Positions 1 to 13,305 of a DNA stretch of 64,000 bases are shown here, piece by piece. Position 1 is the stretch's first letter; each line of letters opens with the position of its first letter. The notes beneath the pieces were generated by a model that was not told where the DNA came from, searched no databases, and saw only the letters and a program-made list of their open reading frames with translations. Source of the stretch: Octopus vulgaris (lineage: Eukaryota); NCBI GenBank assembly GCA_951406725.2, contig OX597833.1, positions 57,102,001 through 57,166,000 on the forward strand. The letters are read 5' to 3'. A program made the position numbers and the translations under genes.

Positions 1-864
1 AACCCACGCAAGCAATGCCATAATGGATAAAAATTATGAGAAAGTTCTTTTGGCTTTTCATTTGTTATTGAAATTAGTTTTTCAATATCTATAATTTATC
101 AATCAAAACTTTTCTGTTGTCTGTTCTCTTTATGAATTTAATTCACAAAAGCGATGAATATTTATGAATTAAATTCAGATAAGAGACCAGCTATTTCTAA
201 AGATCAAATTTTTGGTGACCGCCTTTACCTCAGAGATTTAATATCTTGGCTAGCAAGTGGAGAAATGAGAATATATCTCATGATACACAGGAAAGAACTG
301 TCTTGATATGCTTATTTGCAAGAATCTGTTATTAAATCCTTAAGAAGCTAGTAATATCCTGTTAAGACCATACAAAGTATAAAGCTGTCCACTTTTATCT
401 GATAATTTAATCTGCATGAGTCTGAAATGTATGTAATAAAAATAGTTTAAATTATGTCACTAACGATGGAAAGTATATTAGTTTGTTCAATGCTATGATA
501 ATATTATTTAACCTGCAGTTCATTTTCTTTGTAGTAAGAGCTTTTCTCCTTGCTTGACATTTTTCTACTTAAACCATGGGATAAATAGAAAAATGAGTGT
601 AAAAAGAATAAAAAAGACCAATGGCTTTATTATTGTTGTAGCAACATGATTGCATTGAGATATATTAAGTTAGAGGTGGTAGTGGTGGTCTGTCTTGGAT
701 TGCCAATCGATGATGGACCTCAAAACCATTGATTCTCGACTATTTTTTTTTAACTTTTAGACCCCCCTTGATACCTTTTTTTTTTTTAATCTTGCCGCAT
801 TTCCATAGCCATTTGGTGTTTTTGTAATTAGCTTATTGTTTTTGTAATTACATATTTGGAATTA

Positions 865-1256
865 TCTCTCTATATATAAAGCTGAAGTCGTCTGTGTATG
901 GCAGGTTTGGTAGCCTTCGACTAACACTATCTCCTCCGAGACCCTGCAGCACAAGTTGACCGAAATTGAGAGTATGATAGAAGAAGGCTTGCTCTTCCTT
1001 CCGTAGAAGAAAAAATTCAAATCGGACCATGTTAACACCAAAAATTATTTACATCAAAAAGATACTTTTTTCTATGAAAATCCCTATCTTTTACGATTTT
1101 TTTTACTGCTGTGTCGCCATTTTTTGGTGTATTTCAACCAGAAAAATGTTCACTTAGAGAGAATAACAAGCTACATAATGCAAAATTTTTACTTTTCAAA
1201 AATTCAAATTCTAAAGGGCCGAAACAAACCCGAGCAATGCTGGGCGATACTGTTAG
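865..1256 (+). mobile_element. Non-autonomous Helitron-like element
   Basis: 5' A|TCTCTCTATATATAAA, subterminal hairpin cccgagcaatgctggg, and 3' TTAG|T (variant of CTAG). Confidence 0.65.
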
Positions 1257-1389
1257 TATTAAAATTTTTTTTAATATTTTGTGTAATGTAGAAGTATAAC
1301 CAATGTAGTACACATAAATTTCAACAATAAAATCTTGGACCCCCACCACCACCACCACCAAGACATGGACCCCGGTTGAGGGGTCATGG

Positions 1390-1996
1390 TACTACCTCCC
1401 TATGCAGCACAATGTTGTTGCTAAAACAATTTACAATGCCATCCACAAAAAAGACTGTCTTGAAATATACTTAGAAAATCCCTCTGTTATGGAATACATT
1501 CATAAACACCAACTCAAGAAATACTGGTGGAATATTCCCATCAAAACTTCTGTCAAATGTAAGCATAACAGGCCGGATATTGTTGCTTGGGACAGAGGGG
1601 CAAGGGTATGTACCACCATAGAGGTCAGCTGCCCTGCAGATATAAATATCTCTTTGAAAATCAAAGGAAAAGAGGATATCTATGGACAACTGCTTCAAAA
1701 CCTCCAGCTTTCTATTTCCAGACAAGGATTTCATAGCTACACTAATAATAATTGGAGTACTAAGTTTTGTTAGTAAATGCTTAAAAGAGAATCTGGATAA
1801 ACTGGGATTTCAGAAAGAGAAATCGACCAGTCGATTCATACATTACAAGTGTAATCTGTGAGTGGAACAGTAAAAATATGCAAGAATTTTGTCATGTTCC
1901 AAATACGAATTTGGCTGTGTTAACTACATCCCAAAGATGGAGCCTTGTATCTTTGTTGGAAACTGGCTTCCTCCTCAGTGGAAGATTTATAATAAT
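1390..1996 (+). mobile_element. Degenerate 3' fragment of an RLE-type non-LTR retrotransposon (R4/Dong- or NeSL-like)
   Basis: ORF 1402-1773 carries HN...HNRPDIVAWD...IEVSCP...K...Y, the restriction-like endonuclease signature. Frameshifted downstream; the 3'UTR ends in taataat. Confidence 0.8.
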
Positions 1997-2062
1997 TAAG
2001 AAATAGAAGTGACACACATACACACACACACTATATATAAGTATATATATCCATTCATTTGA

Positions 2063-2115
<53 letters not shown>

Positions 2116-2130
2116 TATATATACATATAT

Positions 2131-2163
<33 letters not shown>

Positions 2164-3123
2164 CACATACATGCATACACACATATGTATGCACATATAT
2201 ATATGATGGCCTTCTTTCAGATTCCATCTACCAAATTTCCTCACAAACTTTTGAATGGCCCAGGGTTATAGCAGAAGACAATTGCCCAAGATCCTGCACA
2301 GTGAAACCGAATCCCGAACCATGTGGTTCGGAAGCAAACTTCTCAACCACACACCCATGCCTGTACCTACATAGTCACTAACTAATGTACTAATGTACTC
2401 CAGGGTAAACCTATATCTCAGTCAAAAAAAAAAAAAAAGCAGCCTGGTCATGGCAGGAATGCCTTTAATCATAGTCCTACTTAATCAGGACTGACCTGTG
2501 GCTAAACAGCAATGATTGCAATTGATACTAATAACCAGATCAGTCCATCTAGATCCAGCCAGAGCAAAAAGATCATTCAACTAATGGCAATAACTGCAAT
2601 TTTGAGATAGCAAAAGATTCTGATAGTATCTGTAGCTGATTCTCTCTAAGATTGGTTCTCTCAGAATTACGGTTTTACTTGAATTACCAAAATTTCCATT
2701 TTCTTTTCATTATAAAACATTCGTTTATGTCTTGTAAGTTAGTTGAGTATAGTTTCTATTTAATGAATTTACTGCGTAGTGAAATCATGGGTGCGCCTGT
2801 GTGGTAAGAACTTTGCTTCCCGACCACATGGTTCCAGGTTCAATCCCATTGCATGGCTCCTCGGGCATGTATATTCTGCTGTAGTCTCGAACAAACCGAA
2901 CCCTTTTGAGTGGATTTAGCAGAAAGAAACTAAAAGAAACCTGTTGTGTATGTAAGTGGGTGTGTATGTGTGTATATATATATGACAAAGCATATAAATT
3001 TTAGAGGATTTCAACTGCTATTTCTAGCAGACTAAGCCACAACATACAGGCACACTTGTTGGCTCATGTTAGCTAAAATAGAAGTGGAATATGAGTGACC
3101 CAGCATGGCCACAATCTGCTGAC

Positions 3124-3520
3124 TCTCTTACTCTTTTACTTGTTTTAGTCATTTGACTGCGGCCATGCTGGAGCACCACCTTTAGTCAAGCAAATCGACC
3201 CCGAGACTTATTCTTTGTAAGCCCAGTACTTATTCTATCGGTCTCTTTTTGCCGAACCGCTAAGTGACGGGGACGTAAACACACTAGCATTGGTTGTCAA
3301 GCGATGGTGAGGGGACAAACACAGACACACAAACATATACACACACATACATATATACGACAGGCTTTTTTCAGTTTCCGTCTACCAAATCCACTCACAA
3401 GGCATTGGTCGGTCTGAGGCTATAGCAGAAGACACTTGCCCAAGATGCCACGCAGTGGGACTGAACCCGGAACCATGTGGTTGGTAAGCAAGCTACTTAC
3501 CACACAGCCACTCCTGCGCC
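3124..3520 (-). mobile_element. SINE family A copy
   Basis: Full-length reverse copy with ctgact on both sides. Partial copies at ~2205-2365, 2790-2945, 6430-6745 and 7120-7680. Confidence 0.9.
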
Positions 3521-4251
3521 TGACTGAAGCAAGTAAATGATAAAGCATAAAAATTTTAGAGGATTTCGACTGCTATTTCTAGCAGACCAAGCCACACCAT
3601 ACAGGCACACTTGTTGGCTCATGTTAGCTAAAATAGAAGTGGGAATATGATAGCATATCCTCACAATGATCACACATGGCCATTCTTCATATTCAACCTT
3701 GGAAATATATTGGATATGTCTGCCTTTTCATATCAGAAATGGTTCTAATTCTTAGTCACAAGCATGATTAATGTATTGATTTTGAAATTTTCTGCATTTT
3801 TTTTTCTTTCTTTTATCGCATTTTTTGTTTGTTTTTGGTTTTATTTTTCTGTGTGGAAGGAAGAGAGATTGAATTAATCTTTAACAAATGCAGGTCCTTT
3901 CTCGAAAGCTTGCTAATTAATTTGTCTTCTGGATCACTGCCAATGTCCAGCGACCAACTTCCTTTTCAGGCTGATATCTTTTACTGGGTACTACATATTG
4001 ACTATTGATCAGAAAGCGATCAGGAAATTGAAATGAGAGCAGAAAATTAAGTTTCAGCATGTATAATTACATACTTTCAGTGGTGGTGGTGCTGCTGGTG
4101 GGGAGCCTCTATATGGTTGTTTATTCTGCTAGAAATTGCAGCCAAAAAAAGCAGAAGAGCACATGAGACATTGGCAGTTCTAGACAACATCATCATCATC
4201 CTTTAATGCCTGTTTTCCATGCTGGCATGGGTTGGATGGTTTGACTAGGAA

Positions 4252-4714
4252 GACGGTGAGCTGGCAGAATCGTTAGCACACCGAGCAAAAGTGCGTAGCC
4301 GTATTTCGTCTGCCGATACGTTCTGAGTTCAAATTCCGCCGAGGTCAACTTTGCCTTTCATCCTTTCAGGGTCGATAAATTAAGTACCAGTTACGTACTG
4401 GGGTTGACGTAATCGACTTAATTCCTTTGTCTGTCCTTGCTTGTCCCCTCTATGTTTAGCCCCTTGTGGGCAATAAAGAAATAAGAATGGAGAAAGGTGG
4501 CGAGCTGGTAGAATCGTTAGCACACCGGGCGAAAATGCATAGCTGTATTTCATCTGCCGATACGTTCTGAGTTCAAATTCCACCGAGGTCGACTTTGCCT
4601 TTCATCCTTTCAGGGTCGATAAATTAAGTACCAGTTAAGCACTGGGGTCGATGTAATCGACTTAATCTGTTTGTCTTCTCTGTGTTTAGCCCCTCAGGGG
4701 TAGTAAAGAAATAG
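4252..4714 (+). mobile_element. Two tandem copies of tRNA-derived SINE family B (Meta-domain-like core)
   Basis: ggcgagctggcagaatcgttagcac...gagttcaaattcc head. The core gcctttcatccttt..gggtcgataaattaagtaccag resembles the MetaSINE central domain. Tail aaagaaata. Confidence 0.85.
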
Positions 4715-5221
4715 GTTTGACTAGAGCTAGCAAGCAGAAGAGCTATATCAGGTTCCAGTCTGATTCGGCTTGGTTTCTACAGCTGGATGCACTTCCTTAT
4801 TCCAACCACTTTACAGTGTGTGCTGGGTGTTTAAAACATAGCACTGGCATGAGAGTTTTTTTGCGTGACATCTGCACAGGACTTTTGCAAGCCAATTCTT
4901 TATGCCAGGGAATGCAGCCTTAACACTTCTGCTATGGAGGCTGGGCCTTCTTGATTAGGATGGGTCTGACAAAAAAAAAAAAAAAAAAAGGGATGGTCAG
5001 CTGAAACACCAAGCAATTAATGCTGTTCTGGAGCTAAACTACTGTCCATTTTCGACATGTAAAAGCAAACATAATTTCATTTTATTTCTATGCATAAAGG
5101 AAGAGACAGAAACTGTCGATTTATGTGAATATTTCTTTTAGATTATTGAGAGTTGCTTTGTTGGAGTAATTATATAATTTATGGTTTCTCCCTTCATGAT
5201 AATAATAATAACAACAACAAC

Positions 5222-5263
<42 letters not shown>

Positions 5264-5594
5264 CCTTTCTGCTATATGTAAAGTCCAGAAATTTTGCAGG
5301 AGGTGTCTTGTTGATTTTATCAACCCTAGTACTTGACTTGTACTCACTTTATGGGCCATGAAAGTTTGAAAGGCAAAATTGTCTTTGGTGGAATTTGAAC
5401 TCAGAACATAAAGCTGAAAGAAATGCTGCTAAGCTATTTGTCTAGTTTTCTAACAATCCTGTCAGCGCACTAACAATGCTCATAATAATAATGACAAGAG
5501 CACTCAGAAAGCACAAACCTCTGCCAAGGCAACACCAGTATCTTCTCAACGATTAGCCAGAGCTGATTTTTTTTAATGAAAGTATTTGAAATAA

Positions 5595-5712
5595 ACTCAA
5601 CTGCTTCTCAAGTTCCAAATGTGAATTTGTCTGTGTTAACTAAATCCTAAAGATGGAACCTTATATCTTTGTTGAAAACCAGCTCTCTCCTCAGTGGAAT
5701 GTTTATAATAAT
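5595..5712 (+). mobile_element. Second 3'-terminal fragment of the same RLE-type LINE
   Basis: aaagatggaaccttatatctttgttgaaaaccagctctctcctcagtggaatgtttataataat matches 1932-1996. Confidence 0.7.
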
Positions 5713-5713
5713 C

Positions 5714-5995
5714 AAGTGGCCGTTGCCAGCGCCGCCCTGACTGGCCTCTGTGCCGGTGGCACGTAAAAAGCACCATCTGATCGTGGTCGTTTGCCAGCCT
5801 CGCCTGGCACCTGTGCAGGTGGCACATATAAAGCACCCACTACACTCTCGGAGTGGTTGGCATTAGGAAGGGCATCCAGCTGTAGAAACACTGCCAGATC
5901 AGACTGGGCCTGGCGCAGCCTTCTGGCTTCCCAGACCCCGGTTGAACCGTCCAACCCATGCTAGCATGGAAAACGGACGTTAAACGATGATGATA
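5714..5995 (+). mobile_element. Retroposon family D with internal gccggtggcacgtaaaaagcacc repeats and (GAT)n tail
   Basis: ...ttggcattaggaagggcatccagctgtagaaac...gcatggaaaacggacgttaaacgatgatgat. Copies at ~12395-12850, 16635-17060, 40836-41080, 41112-41390, 55028-55338, 61398-61645, 62788-63058 and 63470-63803. Confidence 0.8.
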
Positions 5996-7932
5996 ATGAA
6001 AAAATAGAAGAAACATACATACATACACATACACTCGCATATATAGTTTGGTGTATGCAATAGAGTCAGTATTAAATTAAAATGGTCCAGTGGCAATTTG
6101 CAGTACCAGTGAGTGTATTATTCATTGTTTCCTATTTGAAAAGTGACAAATCTTGTCTAGACATGTGGCTGGCTATGAGTTACTTGTCATTGACAAAGCC
6201 CAACATAGCAGAAATGCACCTGGCATTCTCATTAGCTTCTGCTAGGATGATTTTTCCAGTCTCTTTCCAATATGTGGTATGGGTTTAAACACAGTCTTTT
6301 CATAAGAGATTTTATGTCAAAATGAAAACTACAGTAACTTGCTTGTCAATGGTGTATATACATTTAGTATGATACATAAGTAGCTAAATATTAATAGCTT
6401 GATTCAGCCTTACATTATCTTTTTTTTTATCTTTTATGAGTTTCAGTCATTAGAATGTGGCAATGCTGGGGCACCACCTTAGAGGATCTTTAGTCAAATG
6501 AATCGACCCCAGTACTTTTTTTAAGCCTTGTACTTGTTCTATCAGTCTCTTTTGCTGAACCGCTAAGTTACAGGAATGTAAAGACACCAACACAAAACAC
6601 ATACAAGCTGGGCTTCTTTCAGTTTCCATCTACCAAATCCCAATGCTTTAGTAGAAGACACTTACCCATAGTACCACGCAGTGGGACTGATCCAGGAACC
6701 ACGTGGTTGGGAAGTAAGCTTCTTACCACACCGCCATACCTTCACCTGCATTATTTGAAGTTTGGTAGATGTGAAGCCACAACCAGATAATCAGATGTAG
6801 TGGAATTGAACCTGGAACCTCAAGTTTGTAAGAAAAATTTCTTAAAAATACAATTAGCCTGCACCCAATCTTGTATCTGTATTTTCTTATGCTAGTTTCA
6901 GTCATTGGACTGCAGCCATGCTGGGGCACTGCCTTGGAAGGTTTTAGCCAAATGAATCAATCCCAGTATGTATTTTTTAAAGCCAGGTACTTATTCTGCC
7001 TCTTTCATGGAATCGCTAAGAGATGGGGATGTAAGCAAACCAACACCTGTTTTCGAGCGGCGGGAGACAAGCAAAAAAACACATGCACTTAGATTCTTTT
7101 ATTTTTCTTTTATTCATTTATTTGTTTCAGTCATTTGACTGTGGCCATGCTGGAGCATCGCCTTTAGTTGAACAAATCGACCCCAGAACTTATTCTTTGT
7201 AAGCCTAGTACTTATCTTATCGGTCTCTTTTGCTGAACAGCTAAGTTACGGGGATGTAAGCACACCGACATCAGTTGTCAAGAAATGGTGGAGGCACAAA
7301 CACAGGTACACAAACACATACACACACACACACACACGACGGGCTTCTTTCAGTTTCCTATTTCATTACTACCCACAAAGGGCTAAACACAGAGGGGACA
7401 AACAAGGACAGACAAACGGATTAAGTCAATTATATCGACCCCAGTGCGTAACTGGTACTTATTTAATCGACCCCGAAAGGATGAAAGGCAAAGTCGACCT
7501 CGGTGGAATTTGAACTCAGAACGTAGCGGCAGACGAAATACTGGTAAGCATTTCGCCCGGCGTGCTAACGTTTCTACCAGCTTGCCGCCTTTCAGTTCCT
7601 GTCTGCCAAATCCACTCACAAGGCTTTGGTTGGCCTGAGGCTACAGTAGAAGATACTTGCCCAAGGTGTCACACAGGGGTGTATACATATACACATTTAC
7701 ATACATACAGGTGTTAAGCAGTGGTAGGGGACAAACACAAACTCAAAGACACACACATATGCACATAGATACACACACACACACACACACACACATATCA
7801 GGTTTCTTTCAGTTTCCATCTACTAAATCAACTCAAGGTTTTGGTTGGCCCAAGGTTATAGTAGAAAACACTTGCCCTAGGTGTCACAGTTAAAACTGAA
7901 CTCGGAACCATTATGACTGGGAAGCAAGCTTC

Positions 7933-8514
7933 CTATTTCTTTACTACCCACAAGGGGCTAAACGTAGAGAGGACAAACAAGGACAGACAAACGGATTAAG
8001 TCGATTACATCGACCCCAGTGCATAACTGATACTTAATTTATCGACCCCGAAAGGATGAAAGGTAAAGTCGACCTCGGTGGAATTTGAACTCAGAACGTA
8101 AGAAATGCCTAGTTCTTTACTACCCACAAGGGGCCAAACACAGAGCGGACAAACAAGGACAGACAAAAGATTTAAGTCAATTACATCGACCCCAGTGTGT
8201 AACTGGTACTTAATTTATCGACCCCGAAAGGATGAAAGGTAAAGTCGACCTCGGTGGAATTTGAACTCAGAACGTAAGAAATGCCTAGTTCTTTACTACC
8301 AACAATGGGCCAAACACAGAGCGGACGAACAAGGACAGACAAACGGATCAAGTCAATTACATCGACCCCAGTGCGTAACTGGTACTTAATTTATCGACCC
8401 CAAAAGGATGAAAGGTAAAGTCGACCTTGGCGGAATTTGAACTCAGAACGTAAAGACGGACGAAATACCGCTGAGCATTTTGCCCTGCGCGCTAACCATT
8501 CTGCCAGCTCGCCG
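7933..8514 (-). mobile_element. SINE family B head-to-tail trimer nested in a family A copy
   Basis: Three repeats of ctttactaccca...gaactcagaacgta; gcaagcttc is duplicated on both sides. Confidence 0.85.
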
Positions 8515-9550
8515 CAAGCTTCTTACCACACAACCATACCTGCACCAATGTACCCCAACTCAACTTTTTTTTTTTTTTGTGGGTGGGATGTTGCTGCCAG
8601 AGTCATTCTAACCATTCTAATAGCTCTAAGTGTTTGGTAGTTTGGTGAAAGGAATTGCTTTACAAATGCTACTGTTTGCTCTCTAAAGTGAAATTCCTTG
8701 ACAAGGTAAATATTAGCATCAGATCAATAGATTTCAGCGGATTTTTTTCCCCTTTTTTCATTTTTTTTTTAACAAATACACTCTTTGGTTTATGATGTAA
8801 CCTGATTCTCTCTTCTTATTGTTGTTGTTGCTGTCATTGTTAGTGTTTTAGCCCATGGCAGTCCCTCATCATACAGATCTATGATAAAAGACATTCTAGC
8901 TTTGACCACCATATCTTTTTTTTTCTTCTTTTTCCTGGCACAGAGTATCTCAGACTACATTATTCAATGTGTCCTTCCATTTTTTTTTATTTTGTTATTA
9001 TTGAAGATACTAGGTATGATTCAAGGGAAATTTGGCTGCTATTTCCAGTAGGTAAAACAACCATTTAGCAGTTCCTGTAGTGATTAGGTAAATATTGATA
9101 TTAGATCAATATATTTCACCGGATTTTATTTTTTTATTTTTTATCAAAATGTATTAGAGGCTTTTTGATGTAAAAGGATTTACATTGTGATGACTTTTTT
9201 TTTGTTTTTCTTCATCAACTTCACTGTGTTGTTATTAAGGCAACAAAAGACCCTCAACATGGCCGTTTGACCTGCTAGAAGTAGCAATTAAATCTCTCTC
9301 AAATCAAACATTAATATTCTTTTCTACTAAAGGTACAAGGCCTGAAATTACGGGGGAGGAGACAAGTGGATTACACTGACCCCAGTGTTTCACTGGTACT
9401 TAATTTATCGATCCTAAAAGGATGAAAGGCAAAGTCAACCTTGGTGGAATTTAAACTCTGAATGCCAAAGATGGACAAAATGCCATTAAGTATTTTGCCC
9501 AGTGCAATCAGGATTCTGCCAGCTCACTGCCTTAATAATAATAATAATAA

Positions 9551-9935
9551 TGGAAGCACTCCGTCGGTTACGACGACGAAGGTTCCGGTTGATCTGAATC
9601 AACGGAACAGCCTGCTCGTGAAATTAACGTGTAAGTGGCTGAGCACTCCACAGACACGTGTACCCTTAACGTAGTTCTGAGGGATATTCAGCGTGACACA
9701 GAGAGTGACAAGGCCGGCCCTTTGAAATACAGGTACAACAGAAACAGGAAGTAAGAGTGAGAGAAAGTTGTGGTGAAAGAGTACAGCAGGGATCGCCACC
9801 ATCCTCTGCCAGAGCCTCGTGGAGCTTTAGGTGTTTTCGCTCAATAAACACTCACAACGCCCGGTCTGGGAATCGAAACCGTGGTCCTACGACTGCGAGT
9901 CCGCTGCCCTAACCACTGGGCCATTGCGCCTCCAC
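9551..9935 (-). mobile_element. SINE family C copy inserted in (AAT)n
   Basis: Reverse complement of 24473-24858 with (AAT)n on both sides. Confidence 0.9.
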
Positions 9936-9956
9936 AATAATAATAATAATAATAAG

Positions 9957-10500
9957 TACCAGGCAGTGGCTCTCATGGCTTCTGATCTGAACTGATTGGA
10001 AGTGTTATCATGTACATTGTTTTGTCTTGGTATAAAAGATGGGCTACAGCAAATATTCTGCTCAATACCACAGATTTGCTTGCCAGTTGTTTGACCGTAA
10101 CCAGTTGACCATGTCCCTTAGTGGCTGACGATATGTGCATCTCTGATCATGAGCAGAAGTAGTTGGGGAGCATCATAGCCATGTGTCGAGAGGGATTCTT
10201 TAGGGTTTAAATAATTCACCTCTGGAAACATGGGTGTTTCATTCAACATCCTTAAACAACCCTTATTCAGGGACCTTTTGAGCGGGATGGGTTACTCAAC
10301 CAGAAGAAAATTCTAACTGGGCCTACCTGCAAGGTCATGTGCTGTTTATCTTGATATGAGATCACCATGTCACGCACACATGGTTGTGATGCATGTGCCT
10401 AGTGTACCCTTATCAGACAGGTAGACATGATGGGTATACTGGGCTTCGTATATTTTACCCCAGTGTCACTTTGATGGCACGCACTGCTCTCTCACTCAAT
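9957..10500. mobile_element. Unclassified interspersed repeat embedded in (AAT)n
   Basis: (AAT)n on both sides; part of it recurs at ~40300-40465. Confidence 0.55.
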
Positions 10501-10536
10501 AATAATAATTATAATAACAACAACAATAATAATAAC

Positions 10537-10587
<51 letters not shown>

Positions 10588-11048
10588 CATGGGTTCACAT
10601 TTTGGCACAAGGCCAGCAATTTCTGGGGAAGCTGATTACATTGATTACATTGACCCCAGTGCTCAACTGGTACTTATTTTATCAACCCCGTGAGGATGTA
10701 TAAAGCAAAGTTGACCTCAGTGGAATTTGAACTCAGAGTGTTAAACTGAAAGAAATGCTGCTAAGCATTTTGCCCAGCATGCTAACAATTCTGCCAGCTC
10801 ACCGCCTTAATAATAATGATGATAATAATTCTTTCTAATTTTGGCACAAGGCCAGCAATTTTGGAGTAGGGAGTGTTAGTTGTTGCCATTGACTCCAGTA
10901 CTTGAAATGGTACTTTAATTTATTGTGCTCAGAGGGATGAAAGGCAAAGTTGACCTTGGCAGGATTCAAACTCAGAGTGCAAAAGAGCCTGAAGGAATAT
11001 TGTAAAGTATTTTCTCTGATATTCTAACAATTCTACCAATCCACTACC

Positions 11049-11096
<48 letters not shown>

Positions 11097-11195
11097 CTAC
11101 AATTTTACATGGTAATTAAGTCAAAAAATTTCATTTTACTAATTAGCTTTTGAGGGCATGCATGATGTACAGGTGTGTGTATGTGTGTGTATCTG

Positions 11196-11231
<36 letters not shown>

Positions 11232-11534
11232 ACTTTTTCTCAAGAAGGTCAGGTGTAGAATTAATTTGATGTCTGATGTATCTGCCAGGGCTGGCTCTCT
11301 TTTATAAAGAATTTCTGAAGAAATAGCTGATTAAAACATCGTTAGGTTCTATTTTTGAACTGAAGAATTCAATAGAATTCTTCTGATGTTTGGGAAGAGA
11401 AAGAGAGCGAGAGAGAGAAAATGAGTAGGTAGATAGGTGGGTGTGCAGGTGGTCTTTTGTTTCCATTATTTTTTTTAACATCAAAAGTTAAATTAGAGAA
11501 ATTATACACAGACATATACAATAAAATAATTAGT

Positions 11535-11568
11535 CACACACACACACACACACAACACATCAGTACTT

Positions 11569-11626
<58 letters not shown>

Positions 11627-11635
11627 ACATCAGTA

Positions 11636-11689
<54 letters not shown>

Positions 11690-11709
11690 AACACACACAT
11701 CAGTACTTT

Positions 11710-11743
<34 letters not shown>

Positions 11744-11762
11744 AACACACACATCAGTACTT

Positions 11763-11818
<56 letters not shown>

Positions 11819-11827
11819 ACATCAGTA

Positions 11828-11881
<54 letters not shown>

Positions 11882-11942
11882 AACACATACATCAGTACTT
11901 TTATATATATATATATACACACACATACACACACAAACACAT
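11535..11942. repeat. Compound minisatellite [catcagtactttt-(AT)n-(AC)n] x6
   Basis: catcagtactttt at ~11558, 11628, 11698, 11752, 11820 and 11890, separated by variable-length AT/AC runs. Confidence 0.9.
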
Positions 11943-12902
11943 ATGAGTATCATAGATGTAGATTCATGCACACACAATGTTATTATGCATATATACATAT
12001 ACACACACATGCATGCACTTATAATCTATCTACACAAGCACAGAAGTAGTACCAACTTATGCACTTATGCACACAGCCACATGCATATGCACCAACACAC
12101 ACACACACATGCACCAACATATATTTATACACACAAATCATATTACACTCACACACACCAACACGTATTGATATACAAATCATATGGTTACTCATACATG
12201 TACACACACACACACACACACACACATTCAGCAGCACACATATTTCCATGTACACAGTTTAATTATACAGATGCATTCCAATAAGGAAACCTCTACATGG
12301 TCACTCTCACTGCTAGAAACAGAAGCTGAATTCCCTCAAATTACAACCTTTCATCTTAAAAATGGAAGGCTGTATTCAACAATGTCATTTTACATCATCA
12401 TCATCATCATCGTTTAATGTCTGTTTTCCATGCTAGCATGGGTTGGACGGTTCGACTTGGGTCTGGGAAGACAGGAGGTTGCCCCGGGCTCCAGTCTGAT
12501 CTGACAGTGTTTCTACAGCTGGATACCCTTCCTAACGCCAACCACTCCGTAAGTGTATTGGGTGCTTTTTACATGCCGCCGGCACAGGGGCTAGAGGAGC
12601 TGGCATCGGCGATGATCAGATGGTGCTTTTTACGTGTCACCGGCACGGACGCCAGTCAAAGTGGCGCTGGCATTGGCCATGTTCAGATGGTGCTTTTTAC
12701 ATGCCACCGGCATGGGTATCACAACTACAATTTCCATTTGATTTTTATTTTTGATATTGATGTTGATGTACTTGACTCAATAGGTCTCCTCAAGCACAGC
12801 AGGTCACCCTACGATCCAAGTTTAGCAGAGCAGGCCGTCCTGCGAATAAAACAGGGGCCTAGCGGGTTGAGTAGAGAAACAACCAGACAAGTAAGGCTAG
12901 TG

Positions 12903-13305
12903 TTTCATAAAATTATTAGCCATCTTACAAACAATAACTCTGAGCACCTTTTCAAACTCCACCCGTCTAACAGCCGTGAACATATTTACAAAGTCCGCAA
13001 ACAACACAGCTCCCATGGCTTTAGGAAGCATTTTTTCATGCTAAGAGTTGCTGAAGCATGGAACAAACTGCCGGCATCAGTTGTTAGTTGTCGGAGCACT
13101 GCATCCTTCAAAACTTCCATGCTTCCTAAGATTCGCCAATACTACACCTGATTTTCTCCCCTCCATACACATACAAGCATGTATCTGACTCATACATTGT
13201 TCGCTTTCCAGACATTTGTACATTACTGCATATACTTTATACGCACTTTCTGACAAGTTGTGGTGCACCTGAGCACTGTATACAATAATTTCATTATTAT
13301 TATTA
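12903..13305 (+). mobile_element. 3' fragment of a related CR1-clade LINE subfamily
   Basis: Translates HKIISHLTNNNSEHLFKLHPSNSREHIYKVRKQHSSHGFRKHFFMLRVAEAWNKLPASVV, homologous to the 47647 ORF C-terminus. Same terminal gtgcacctgagcactgta motif and a (TTA)n tail. Confidence 0.9.

Noticed and set aside
11457-12284. 275-aa ORF rich in H/T/Y/I
   Set aside because: Translation of AC/AT microsatellites. The same applies to ORFs near 1892-2271, 45709-46094 and 50681-50947.
12417-13151. 244-aa ORF as a novel gene
   Set aside because: Chance read-through of a family D retroposon into a CR1 3' fragment.
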